Below, in pieces: positions 17,165 through 27,600 of a DNA stretch of 64,000 nucleotides (position 1 is its first letter; each line of letters opens with the position of its first letter). Origin of the DNA: an uncultured virus (IMG/VR IMGVR_UViG_3300034073_003023) (lineage: Duplodnaviria; Heunggongvirae; Uroviricota; Caudoviricetes); IMG/VR virus record IMGVR_UViG_3300034073_003023. One strand, written 5' to 3'. A program made the translations under genes and the position numbers. Below the pieces are notes generated by a model. That model ran no database searches and was not told where the DNA came from. It was given only the letters and a program-made list of their open reading frames with translations.

Positions 17165-18343
17165 TTATATTAATAGATCGTTATAATTTACTGCTGCTGT
17201 GTGTGAATCTCCACAAGATACTTGTCTCCAATTAGTTCTACCAGCGAATGTTGTGATTGGAGTGGATATACTTGTTGGATTATTATTTCCATTTCCTGTA
17301 GTAAATTCATTACCCCAAATCCAAAGGGTTCCATCAGCCTTGATTGCTGCTGTATGAATACCTCCAGAACTCACTTGTTTCCAGTTGTTTCCCCCAGCAA
17401 ATGTTGTGACTGGAGTAGATCTATTGGTTGTATCTGCATTTCCAAGTTGCCCAGAAGATCCAATCCCCCAAGTCCATAAGGTTCCATCAGTTTTGATTGC
17501 TGCAACATTATTAGATCCAACATTTACTTGTTTCCAATTAGTTCCCCCAGCGAATGTTGTGATTGGAGTAGATCTAGTTTGATTGCTTGTTTCTGTGTTA
17601 CCAAGATATCCTGCACCACCCGCAAATCCCCAAGTCCATAAGGTTCCATCAGTTTTGATTGCTGCCACATGAAAACCTCCAGAACTCACTTGTTTCCAGT
17701 TATTTCCCCCAGCAAAGGTGGTAACTGGAGTGGATCTATTGGTTGTATCTGCATTTCCAAGATATCCTCCGGCACCCCAAGTCCATAAGGTTCCATCAGT
17801 TTTGATTGCTGATGTAAAATATTGACCACAAGACACTTGTTTCCAATTAGTTCCTCCAGCAAATGTTGTGACTGGAGTACTTTTAGTAGTAGTTAATACT
17901 GAATCCCCAAGTTTACCATAAGTTGGGGTTCCCCAAATCCAAAGAGTTCCATCAGTCTTGATTGCTGCTGTGTGTTGAACTGCAGCACTTACTTGTTTCC
18001 AATCTGTTCCTCCGGCAAATGTGGTTGCTGGAGTAGACGTATCTACTGATATATTGCCAGTTCCAAGTCTTCCTGAAGAAGATTCCCCCCAAATCCATAA
18101 GGTTCCATCAGTTTTGATTGCTGCTATATGTTGGGATCCGGAAATTAATTGTTTCCAGTTTATTCCTCCAGAAAAGGTCGTAACTGGAGTTAATTTGTCA
18201 GTAAATGATGCCTCCCCAAGTCGTCCACTAAATGCTTCTCCCCAAGTCCATAAGTTTCCATCACGAAATAAATCTGCAGGAATAAAAACATCATCAAAAC
18301 TATAATCAACTCCGTTTTGTCTAAAGTTATAAAAGGTGGGCAT
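17165..18343 (-). CDS. RCC1-repeat beta-propeller protein, 7 repeats
   Basis: Seven LWxWG...TPVTTFAGGxxWKQVS...AIKTDGT units. Confidence 0.9.
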   Translation of the reverse strand: MPTFYNFRQNGVDYSFDDVFIPADLFRDGNLWTWGEAFSGRLGEASFTDKLTPVTTFSGGINWKQLISGSQHIAAIKTDGTLWIWGESSSGRLGTGNISVDTSTPATTFAGGTDWKQVSAAVQHTAAIKTDGTLWIWGTPTYGKLGDSVLTTTKSTPVTTFAGGTNWKQVSCGQYFTSAIKTDGTLWTWGAGGYLGNADTTNRSTPVTTFAGGNNWKQVSSGGFHVAAIKTDGTLWTWGFAGGAGYLGNTETSNQTRSTPITTFAGGTNWKQVNVGSNNVAAIKTDGTLWTWGIGSSGQLGNADTTNRSTPVTTFAGGNNWKQVSSGGIHTAAIKADGTLWIWGNEFTTGNGNNNPTSISTPITTFAGRTNWRQVSCGDSHTAAVNYNDLLI

Positions 18344-18364
18344 CTGGAAAACTTGTAAACGACT

Positions 18365-18718
18365 TTACTCTACAAAAATCACAGGAGTATTCATTTTTTC
18401 ACTCCATTCTTTTAAATATTGTTTAATTTCACTTTTTATTTCTTTATTATTTATTGCGATTGCTTTTAGATATTGACCGTTCTCATTATTCTCCACAGAA
18501 ACTAATACACTAGACTTATCAGGTCTCATTTCTTCTGGAAGTAAATACTGACTCCAAGCACATTGATAGTTTCTACAACATTCTGGCCTTGCTTTATGAA
18601 CTCCACAACCAGTACATTCTAAAAACTTACAAGACTTTCCTGCGCCAAATTCCCATCCAAAAGAATCTCCAATTAACCAAGTGCAGCAAGCAGTGCATTC
18701 TCCACATTCACGAAACAT
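18365..18718 (-). CDS. YkgJ-like Cys-cluster (CxxCxxCC) protein; start revised to MFRECGEC
   Basis: CGECTACC...CKFL...C...RPECCRNYQC; GGAAG RBS. Confidence 0.75.
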   Translation of the reverse strand: MFRECGECTACCTWLIGDSFGWEFGAGKSCKFLECTGCGVHKARPECCRNYQCAWSQYLLPEEMRPDKSSVLVSVENNENGQYLKAIAINNKEIKSEIKQYLKEWSEKMNTPVIFVE

Positions 18719-19361
18719 AGTCTTCCTCTCTATAAAAATATTTGTAAGGTTCATAATCTTCTGGTTGATATAAGGATTTCATTTTTCCATTTCCAGTACC
18801 AATCCAGAATTCACGATCTAATCTAAAATTACTTTCTAAAAAAGTATTATCTAATTGATTTATATAAGAAGCATTTGCCCACCAAAAATTCCCAACAAAA
18901 TGTTTTGTTCCTACCTTTTCCCAAGTTTGAGTTCCATCACTCCAGGTTGTTGGCCCAAGAATCTTAAGATTACTACCAACAGCATCATAATCATTTAGGT
19001 ATTCCACACATTCTTTCCACCGATCAATTACAAAATATTCCATCATCAATCTCCAAGATTCTCCATTCATACTTTGATGAGTCAATCCTTTCATGTGAAA
19101 ATAAAGAACCTTGTAATCTAGATTTTCTTTACAAAAATCTCTTAATGAAATTAAAGTTTCTGTTTCTTCTTTCCAATCTTGATTTCTTTTTATGATTGCA
19201 TTTCTTGGAACATTGAATAAGTCTTTATCTCCATTTACTCCTAAATGAATATGAGATGCTTGTCTGATTAAACCAGAAGTATATAATCTATGAATTTGTG
19301 CTTGATATAAAAAGGCACTTATGCCTAGTTGCGAAACGTGATAAAAAATTGCTAATTTCAT
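18708..19361 (-). CDS. Putative glycan-modifying / glycosyltransferase-like protein
   Basis: VLYFHMKG and HFVGNFWWA motifs; genomic context. Confidence 0.45.
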   Translation of the reverse strand: MKLAIFYHVSQLGISAFLYQAQIHRLYTSGLIRQASHIHLGVNGDKDLFNVPRNAIIKRNQDWKEETETLISLRDFCKENLDYKVLYFHMKGLTHQSMNGESWRLMMEYFVIDRWKECVEYLNDYDAVGSNLKILGPTTWSDGTQTWEKVGTKHFVGNFWWANASYINQLDNTFLESNFRLDREFWIGTGNGKMKSLYQPEDYEPYKYFYREEDYVS

Positions 19362-20146
19362 GTATTATACACTCCACCATTTTCTCCTCGCATTCCTTTA
19401 ATCATTGTAAGACCAAGATTGGGAATGCTGATAATATTTTTTTTATTAATAAATCTATAAAGAGAATGTTCTACGTCAGTTCCAGCAGTATATTGAATCA
19501 TTCTTTCCATATACTTAAATGCCTTTTCAAGTGCCTCTACGATCTCATTGAATAACATTCGATCAAAAGACCACAATCCAGTAACCATTGTTCCTTTTGC
19601 ACCATAAAGATATGCATATACATTTGCTAGTTCTATCTCATCATAATTTTCAGATTCTTCTGGAAGATATTCATACTTTTTAAGAACATATCTTCCTTCT
19701 AAAAACTTACTTTCATAATCTTGAATATTAAAATCATCATTTAGTAAATATCTTCCAGTCATTTTAAAGACTCTTTGACTATCACTGAATAGATTATGCT
19801 GCTTAATTGTATACAGAGCATTTAACAATCCTCTGGTTTCCAACAATGATTTTCCGTATGTAATTAACTCTGGTCTTTTTTCAAGATTTTGGTATATCTG
19901 CTGAAGAACAGGTTCATTATAAAACTCTAGAAATAAATCACACTTTTCTCTTAAAACTTCTTTGTATTTCTCATCTATTGGATGATAAGAACATTCAAAC
20001 AAAACAACGTAAGATTTTGGAACTTTTTCACGAATACATTTAATAGTTTCTAATGTTTGATTAAATCTTTGTTCTTCACCATGAGCACTAAAATTTTCTT
20101 CTTGAAAATGCTTAAGTGCTGATCCAACTAAAAATAAAAATTTCAT
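19358..20146 (-). CDS. Hypothetical glycan-locus protein (FKMTGRY motif); start revised to MKFLFLVGS
   Basis: ATGA overlap at 20143-20146; motif and context. Confidence 0.5.
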   Translation of the reverse strand: MKFLFLVGSALKHFQEENFSAHGEEQRFNQTLETIKCIREKVPKSYVVLFECSYHPIDEKYKEVLREKCDLFLEFYNEPVLQQIYQNLEKRPELITYGKSLLETRGLLNALYTIKQHNLFSDSQRVFKMTGRYLLNDDFNIQDYESKFLEGRYVLKKYEYLPEESENYDEIELANVYAYLYGAKGTMVTGLWSFDRMLFNEIVEALEKAFKYMERMIQYTAGTDVEHSLYRFINKKNIISIPNLGLTMIKGMRGENGGVYNT

Positions 20147-20865
20147 AGTAGTCCCCTCTTCCATGCCCATAGTTGATCCTCTATTTGATTCTCTTCTTTA
20201 TATGAACCTTTTTCAATCTTATCAGTCCACATTTCCAAAAGTCTAATCTTATCATCATCACTGACACAGAATTCATGATTAAACCAATAGTTCATTTTTC
20301 CATCTTGCGGAATTAACTTATAAAAACTTTCAACTTTTAATCCATACTTTGCAATATTACGACTTACAATATAATCATCAAGAATATGTTGAGATTCATA
20401 TCCAAAGTTTTTTTCTAGATCCATTGGATTTATTTGATCTATGAATTGCTCTGGATCCTTATGTGGTTTCCATGCGTGTCTAGTCCAATCACTGAAAATA
20501 CAAACCCATGTCGTAGCACCGATATTTCTACCATCTCTTCTTACATAATTGTTATGCATAAACCGAAATGGATAGTAATCGTGACGATTAAAGATTACAT
20601 ATTCTTTCGGAAAAAGTTCTGTAAGATCAGGGCAATTTGGATGAACTAAAGCATCAGCATCTAAAAATATTGTCCAATCATAATTTGCTCCAATTTCATA
20701 CAATTGAAACTTTTCCATATTACACGAAAGATGCGGGAACTTTCTTTCGTTGATAATAACAAAATCAGCACCAATCTTTTCAGCATACTTCCTCATATAA
20801 GGATATGTAAACTTAGTGATTTCTTTGTTATAATTAATGTCCAGTGTAACGAGTGCTTTCTTCAT
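20143..20865 (-). CDS. GT-A glycosyltransferase (GT8/GT34-like)
   Basis: EKFQL...YDWTIFLDADALV containing a DxD motif. Confidence 0.7.
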   Translation of the reverse strand: MKKALVTLDINYNKEITKFTYPYMRKYAEKIGADFVIINERKFPHLSCNMEKFQLYEIGANYDWTIFLDADALVHPNCPDLTELFPKEYVIFNRHDYYPFRFMHNNYVRRDGRNIGATTWVCIFSDWTRHAWKPHKDPEQFIDQINPMDLEKNFGYESQHILDDYIVSRNIAKYGLKVESFYKLIPQDGKMNYWFNHEFCVSDDDKIRLLEMWTDKIEKGSYKEENQIEDQLWAWKRGLL

Positions 20866-21331
20866 AATCTGTGTTAAAACTAATAACGATTCTTTGTTCT
20901 TGTTCTTCTTCCGTATAATGAATTAAATCACTTGAAAAAATAACTAGCAGTCCAGAGTAAGGTTTGATCCTTCTATCTATATCAGGAAATATTAGGGGAA
21001 CTGAATTATCTCCCACAGAAACATAAAATGCTCCACTTAAAATACTTTGCTCATTCTCATTACTATGATTATGTGCTTTTAATTTATTTCCTGGTTCAAC
21101 AACATTAAACCAACTGTTGATAAATTTAAGGTTTTTATCGTAGCACAGATTGATATGTTGTTTTATAATTTTATTCAATCCTTGCAATTCTGGATACATT
21201 AAGACTGGCATTCCAAAATTAAAAGTTGATTTACCTTTTGTAATTAATCCGTGCTCGTTTCCTTGAATTGCAAGTAAAGTCTTTTGAATTGATTTGAGGT
21301 TCAAAAATGATAAATTATATTCCTCTACCAT
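20834..21331 (-). CDS. 2OG-Fe(II) oxygenase (TIGR02466-like)
   Basis: SWFNV...AHNH, SGAFYV, FSSDLIH, RIVISFN. Confidence 0.8.
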   Translation of the reverse strand: MVEEYNLSFLNLKSIQKTLLAIQGNEHGLITKGKSTFNFGMPVLMYPELQGLNKIIKQHINLCYDKNLKFINSWFNVVEPGNKLKAHNHSNENEQSILSGAFYVSVGDNSVPLIFPDIDRRIKPYSGLLVIFSSDLIHYTEEEQEQRIVISFNTDYEESTRYTGH

Positions 21332-22655
21332 TTAAAAACTCCTTGAGTTGTTTTAAAGGTTCTTCCCAGGTTCTTGGTTTCTTTTGCTTGAACAAATGAA
21401 CATTATCTCCATACCACCAAGATTTTCCTGTTGAACTTGTCCATACATAATATTCCATAATCGGAACAAATACACAGACTTCTTTTCCTTGTGATGCTGC
21501 GATGTGAGCAATAGAAGTGCAAGAAGTAATGACTAGATCCATTTGAGATACAATTGAAAATGTATCAGTAAAATCACGACCAGGAATGTTAAAAGTTTTT
21601 ACATCATAACCTTCTGGTGGTAATTGGTCTGGAAGTTGAAGTGAATATAAAGATGCTGAAGTTTCAGAAAGAATATCAAAAAGTGGTTCTGGTTGAATCG
21701 AACGGAAATGTGCCTGCTCAAATCCAGAACCAGAGTTCCAAAATACACCAATCTTATATTTCTGGTCTTCTTGAATATATGAGTATTCAGATTCTTTTTC
21801 AGGGAGTGGGTTTAGATAGGGTGTTTGACCTAGATCTTCTACTTTTAGATTGAGATAATAAGGAAGTGCAAGAGCATAAACCCAGCAAGGATCTCCTGAA
21901 AATTCTGGATTATCCCAAACAAGTTCAGTTTCAAATCCATTATATCTAAAAATCTTTTGAATATCCTTTCGGGTTGTTGTCCAAATTGGATTCATTCCGA
22001 GGTCTTTTAGATGCTTCATAAAACGGACGTGAATTATTTCATCCCCCGCACCACATTGACTGTCTATGATAATACTTCTTTCTTTTTGTGGTGTTCCATC
22101 CCATTTTTCAAATGGTGGAAGTTTTCTATTTTTATATGCTTCTACTTCTCCTGCTTTGAGAAAATGTTGAAGTCCTGTATGAATATCATCTTTTCTGAAA
22201 TAATGCCCAGAAAGATTGTGATATGCCTTACGATCAATTTCAGCAGGTAATGGTTTTTTAATCAGATCAAATAAAAGTTTTTCTGCTTTTTGTTTTTGAT
22301 TAATTGCAGAATAAGAAAAAGTTTCTTCTAAAAGAAGTTCAGTATCTTGCGGATTTTTTGATTTAATTTTTGAAATTTGAGTTAATGCTTTTTCTGGATA
22401 GTTATTTTGATTATAAGCATTAATTAAATTTTTTGTTGTGATGTAGTTTTCTTCAGGAGTTCTTGTGAGTTTAAGTGCTTTCTCCCCATAATGCATAGCA
22501 TTTGAGAAGTCTTTAATCTCAAAGAAAATCTTTGCCACATCATTATATTGCTCAAAAGTCTCTGCTCTTTTGCCGAATGCTTCTAGAACTTGTGTTGTAA
22601 GTTCTTTTTCTTCAAAAGAATATAGTGTTTTTGTGACCAACTCAAGGGGGTTCAT
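21315..22655 (-). CDS. TPR + GT9/GT-B-like glycosyltransferase
   Basis: N-terminal TPR helices; QCGAGDEIIHVRF, MDLVITSCTSIAHIAASQGK, WYGDNVHLFKQ. Confidence 0.75.
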   Translation of the reverse strand: MNPLELVTKTLYSFEEKELTTQVLEAFGKRAETFEQYNDVAKIFFEIKDFSNAMHYGEKALKLTRTPEENYITTKNLINAYNQNNYPEKALTQISKIKSKNPQDTELLLEETFSYSAINQKQKAEKLLFDLIKKPLPAEIDRKAYHNLSGHYFRKDDIHTGLQHFLKAGEVEAYKNRKLPPFEKWDGTPQKERSIIIDSQCGAGDEIIHVRFMKHLKDLGMNPIWTTTRKDIQKIFRYNGFETELVWDNPEFSGDPCWVYALALPYYLNLKVEDLGQTPYLNPLPEKESEYSYIQEDQKYKIGVFWNSGSGFEQAHFRSIQPEPLFDILSETSASLYSLQLPDQLPPEGYDVKTFNIPGRDFTDTFSIVSQMDLVITSCTSIAHIAASQGKEVCVFVPIMEYYVWTSSTGKSWWYGDNVHLFKQKKPRTWEEPLKQLKEFLNGRGI

Positions 22656-22679
22656 AAGAAATATTGAATGTATTTTGAT

Positions 22680-22686
22680 TATTTAT
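22680..22686 (-). promoter_or_regulatory. T4-type late promoter ATAAATA ahead of the modification genes
   Basis: Heptamer about 25 nt upstream of the 22655 start; same heptamer upstream of structural genes at 24618, 42719, 43371, 49181, 57491, 58867 (-) and 58844, 59332 (+). Confidence 0.6.
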
Positions 22687-23930
22687 TAGAAGTCTACAGA
22701 CTTTATTGCTACTGAGTGTCTATTTCCAGCACTTACTTGCTTCCAATTATTTCCTCCAGCAAATGTTGTTACTGGAGTGGATTTGCTAGGTGTTTCATTA
22801 TTTCCAAGAGTTCCAGAAAATCCATTACCCCAAGACCAAAGAGATCCATCAGTTTTGATTGCTAATGTAAATCTATTATCAGCACAACTTACTTGTTTCC
22901 AATTATTACCTCCAGCAAATGTGGTAACTGGAGTGGATGTATTGGTTGTTGATGCATTTCCAAGTTGTCCATTATTTCCATTACCCCAAACCCAAAGAGT
23001 TCCATCAGTTTTTATTGCTGCCATATGAACTTGCCCACAACTTACTTGTTTCCAGTCAGTTCCCCCAGCAAAGGTGGTAATTGGAGTAGATGAATTACCT
23101 GATGTGGGATCTCCATTTCCAAGTTGTCCATTTGTCTTTAATCCCCAAGTCCAAAGAGTTCCATCTGTTTTGATTGCTGCACCAAATAGACTACCTCCAC
23201 TAATTTGTTTCCAATTAGTTCCCCCAGCAAAAGTAGTGACTGGAGTAGATCTATCAGTTATATCGGCATTTCCAAGTTGTCCACTACTGCCTCTACCCCA
23301 ACTCCAAAGAGTTCCATCTGTTTTGATTGCATATGTACAATATCCACCACAAGAAACTTGTTTCCAGTCAGTTCCTCCAGCAAATGTGGTGATTGGAGTA
23401 GATCTATTTCCTACTATAAGTAGATTTGCAAGTCTTCCATTACTACTACTTCCCCATAACCATAATGTTCCATCAGTTTTGATTGCTGCTGTATGCTCAG
23501 AATTTAAAGCAAAGGAACAACTAACTTGTTTCCAATTAGTTCCCCCAGCAAATGTGGTAATTGGAGTGGATATAATAGTAAGAACTGATGATAATGTATT
23601 TCCAAGTTGCCCACTAGCAGCAAGTCCCCAAGTCCAAAGAGTTCCATCAGTTTTAATTGCTGCTATTTGATCATCTCCAGCACTTACTTGTTTCCAATCA
23701 GTTCCCCCAGCAAATGTGGTGACTGGAGTGGATCTGTTTGGAGTTATATCGTTAGTTCCGAGGTTCCCATCAGAAGAAAGTCCCCAAACCCATAATTCTG
23801 GTGGAATACCAATTTGTTGACCGATTTCAGGATAAACGCTCAGTAAATAATCTTTACGGATTAACTTACTTCCTAAGTCAACTCCATTACTATCTTTAAA
23901 ATTAGTAGTAATATTTTGATTAGAACTCAT
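22686..23930 (-). CDS. RCC1-repeat beta-propeller protein, 7 repeats
   Basis: Seven repeats, counted. Confidence 0.9.
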   Translation of the reverse strand: MSSNQNITTNFKDSNGVDLGSKLIRKDYLLSVYPEIGQQIGIPPELWVWGLSSDGNLGTNDITPNRSTPVTTFAGGTDWKQVSAGDDQIAAIKTDGTLWTWGLAASGQLGNTLSSVLTIISTPITTFAGGTNWKQVSCSFALNSEHTAAIKTDGTLWLWGSSSNGRLANLLIVGNRSTPITTFAGGTDWKQVSCGGYCTYAIKTDGTLWSWGRGSSGQLGNADITDRSTPVTTFAGGTNWKQISGGSLFGAAIKTDGTLWTWGLKTNGQLGNGDPTSGNSSTPITTFAGGTDWKQVSCGQVHMAAIKTDGTLWVWGNGNNGQLGNASTTNTSTPVTTFAGGNNWKQVSCADNRFTLAIKTDGSLWSWGNGFSGTLGNNETPSKSTPVTTFAGGNNWKQVSAGNRHSVAIKSVDF

Positions 23931-23931
23931 T

Positions 23932-24603
23932 TTACTCTTCTATTGGTTGTTCTGATAATTGAGGGTTTTCTCTAATAACGACATTATAAACATCATCAAT
24001 TGTTGTACAAGCATCAATCTCTTGTAATTTTGCTAACTCCCAATCAAATGCTTCTTGAACTTTTATATCAATTTGAGTAAGAACATATTGCAATTCTTCT
24101 GAAGTAATTTGTAACCAAGTATTATCAAATTTAAAATTATGAGGCCCTGGAGATGCAGAAAGTTTTGCAGATAAAAGAATTCTTTCCTCTCTTGAGGTTG
24201 AAATTTTTACTGCATTTCCATTCAAATTTATAGAAATCTTAGTATTTTCTTTTTCTCTTCTGAGTGGAGAAACTTCTTGTTTACGAAGTTCTTTAACTTC
24301 TTCTAAAGTCTTGTCGGATATTGGATAAGTAAATAAAACCTTAATTGGAATATTATTTTCTTCAATGATTGACCAAGTAAAATTACCAACATTATGGTAT
24401 CTTGGATCATGATTTGGAATAACTTTTTCTATTGGTATAAGATGAGTTTGGTCATCACTAAAATGAATTGGAAGATCAGAGTAACTTTGAGGAGAAATTC
24501 TTTCTTCAATCTCAAGATCTTCCAATTCAGAATTAATCATTCTGACATTGAAACCCATAGGGCCAAGTATTAATGAATTATTGTTGATCAGTGCTATTTC
24601 CAT
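23932..24603 (-). CDS. DUF4376-like tail fibre assembly/chaperone protein
   Basis: KTLEEVKELRKQEVSPLRREKE...VQEAFDWELAKLQEIDACTTIDDV pattern; adjacent to fibre genes. Confidence 0.6.
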   Translation of the reverse strand: MEIALINNNSLILGPMGFNVRMINSELEDLEIEERISPQSYSDLPIHFSDDQTHLIPIEKVIPNHDPRYHNVGNFTWSIIEENNIPIKVLFTYPISDKTLEEVKELRKQEVSPLRREKENTKISINLNGNAVKISTSREERILLSAKLSASPGPHNFKFDNTWLQITSEELQYVLTQIDIKVQEAFDWELAKLQEIDACTTIDDVYNVVIRENPQLSEQPIEE

Positions 24604-24620
24604 TGGTGTTTTTTATCTAT

Positions 24621-27600
24621 TTATGAGAGTGGGAGGTCTGGTGAGATTCCTGATTGTATTGCTGCCGCATGTATTCTTCCAAAAAATACCTGTTTCCAGT
24701 TATTGCCCCCTGCAAAGGTAGTTACTGGACTATAAAACCTATTAGAATAATTTTGTTCAAAATTATTTCCAACTTGCCCAAAAGAATTATATCCCCAAGT
24801 CCACAATGTTCCGTCAGTTTTAACTGCTATTGTATTACCATAACCAGCACCTACTTGCTTCCAATTAGTAGCATTTCCATCGACTTCTTTAGGAGACCAA
24901 TTTTGAGGTGTTCCAAGTGCAAGGTCAGTATCATCTTCATTTTGTCCAAAAACATATAATTCATTATTAATTCCATCTCCTCTCAATGCAAAAGAACTTG
25001 AATTGTTAGTAAATACCTGCCTCCAATTAGTTCCTCCAGCAAATGTTGTAACTGGCGTACTTATATTTGGATTAGAAATTGATGCATATAAAGTTTTATT
25101 TCCAAGAAAACCATATCCATTATAACCCCAAGTCCATAATGTTCCATCAGTTTTAATAGATATTAAATTATTTGATTGTGAGCATACTTGCTTCCAATTA
25201 GTTCCTCCAGCAAAGGTGGTGACAGGAGTAGATACATTAGTTAATGATGCATTTCCAAGTTGTCCATAATTTCCACTACCCCAAGTCCATAAGGTTCCAT
25301 CAGTTTTGATTGCTGCTGTAATAGAATCTCCAGCACTCACTTGTTTCCAATTAGTTCCTCCAGCAAAAGTAGTGACTGGAGTGGATTTATTGGTCGTATC
25401 TGCATTTCCAAGATGTCCAGAAGATCCAATACCCCAAACCCAAAGAGTTCCATCAGTTTTGATTGCTGCTGTGTGAACAGCTCCATTACTCACATGTTTC
25501 CAGTTGGTTCCTCCAGCAAATGTGGTGACTGGAGTGGATACAACACTATTAACTGTTACGCCATTTCCTAATTGTCCGTTTGTTGTTACTCCCCAAGTCC
25601 ACAAGGTTCCATCAGTTTTGACTGCTACACCACAGTTAAATTGTGAACTAACTTGCTTCCAATTAGTTCCTCCAGCAAAAGTGGTTGTTGGAGTGAAAAC
25701 TGCTTTTCTTCTACTTGTGAATCCATTTCCAATTTTTCCAGAATATTCATTTCCCCAAACAAAAAGTTCTTTATTGACTCCATTATCTTTTAGTGCCACA
25801 GTATGTTCTCGTCCTGAACTAACTTGTTTCCAATCAGTTCCTCCTGCAAATGTAGTAACTGGAGTAGAACTATTTGCAGTAAGCACGTTTCCAAGTTGCC
25901 CTAAAAGTCCATTACCCCAACCCCACAAAGTTCCATCAGTTTTAACAGCCATAGTATGAGCGTATCCACTACTTACTTGTTTCCAATCAGTTCCTCCAGC
26001 AAAAGTAGTAATTGGTGTAGATCTATTACCTACTATTAATGTATTTCCCAATCTTCCGTTGGATGTTGTTCCCCAAACCCAAAGAGTTCCATCAGTTTTG
26101 ATTGCTGCTGTATGTCTGTTTCCGCTACTTACTTGTTTCCAATTAGTTCCTCCAGCAAATGTTGTAACTGGAGTAGATCTAGTACCTGTTATTAATGCAT
26201 TTCCAAGTGACCCATAAGACATTCTTCCCCAAACCCAAAGAGTTCCATCAGTTTTGATTGCTGCTGTATGAAAACCTCCAGCACTTACCTGTTTCCAGTC
26301 GGTTCCTCCAGCAAATGTGGTAAGGGGAGTTGAAGTAACTGATAAATTATTTACAGCATTTCCAAGTTGTGAATTAGTGCCCAATCCCCAAGTCCATAAA
26401 GTTCCATCAGTTTTGATTGCTGCAATATGAAACCTTCCGGAACTTGTTTGTTTCCAGTTGGTTCCTCCGGCAAATGTGGTGATTGGAGTAGATCTATCGG
26501 TTGTATCTGCATTTCCAAGTAATCCAAAACGTCCATCTCCCCAAGTCCAAAGAGTACCATCAGTTTTGATTGCTGAATTGGTAGCAAAATTATCAAAAGT
26601 ACTAGTTATTGAAACAGAAGATGATACTTGTTTCCAGTTAGTTCCTCCAGCGAATGTTGTAATTGGAGTAGAAATAGCACTTGTGGTAGTCAATCCATTT
26701 CCAAGTCTACCATTTTTTCCATTTCCCCAAACCCAAAGAGTTCCATCAGTTTTGATTGCTATAGTATGTTCATTGCTTGCACTTAAAGTGTAAAGATCTT
26801 CTGGTTCTGCAGTTAAAGTATCTGCCCAATTAGTTCCTCCAGCAAAGGTGGTGACTGGAGTAAATGGTATATTAGAAGTAAAAAATCCAAGTTGAGAATT
26901 GCTATTATTTCCAAATGCCCATAAAGTTCCGTCAGTTTTTATTGCTAAAGTTGATGAAATAGAAGAATGCACTTGTTTCCAATTAGTTCCTCCGGCAAAT
27001 GTTGTAACTGGAGTATAAATTACAGTTGTAGGTGTAGAATTGGTTCCTAGTTTTTCTCCAAACCCCCAAGTCCATAAAGTTCCATCAGTTTTGATTGCTG
27101 ATCCACTAGATATTGTATAAAGATCTTCTGGTTCTGTAGTTAAAGTATCTGCCCAATTAGTTCCTCCAGCAAAGGTGGTGACTGGAGTATATCTTATTCT
27201 TAGTGGACCATTCCCTAATTGACCATATACAGAATTTCCCCAAGACCACAAAGTACCATTGGTTTTAATTCCTAACATGTGATTTGCACCACATACAACT
27301 TGCTTCCAATCAGTTCCTCCTACAAATGTAGTAACTGGAGTAGATGTAGGTTCACCATTATTATTTCCAAGAGATCCATCTGGATTAAATCCATTAAATC
27401 CCCAAGTCCATAAAGTACCATCTGTTTTAACTGCAGCAGTGTTTCCTCTTCCAGCACTTACTTGTTTCCAATCAGTTCCTCCAGCAAAAGTAGTGATTGG
27501 CGTATATGCATCTACATCAGTAGTTCCATTTCCAAGTTCTCCTGAAAATGCAGCTCCCCAAGTCCAAAGAGTTCCATCTGTTTTAATTGCAGCGACATGA

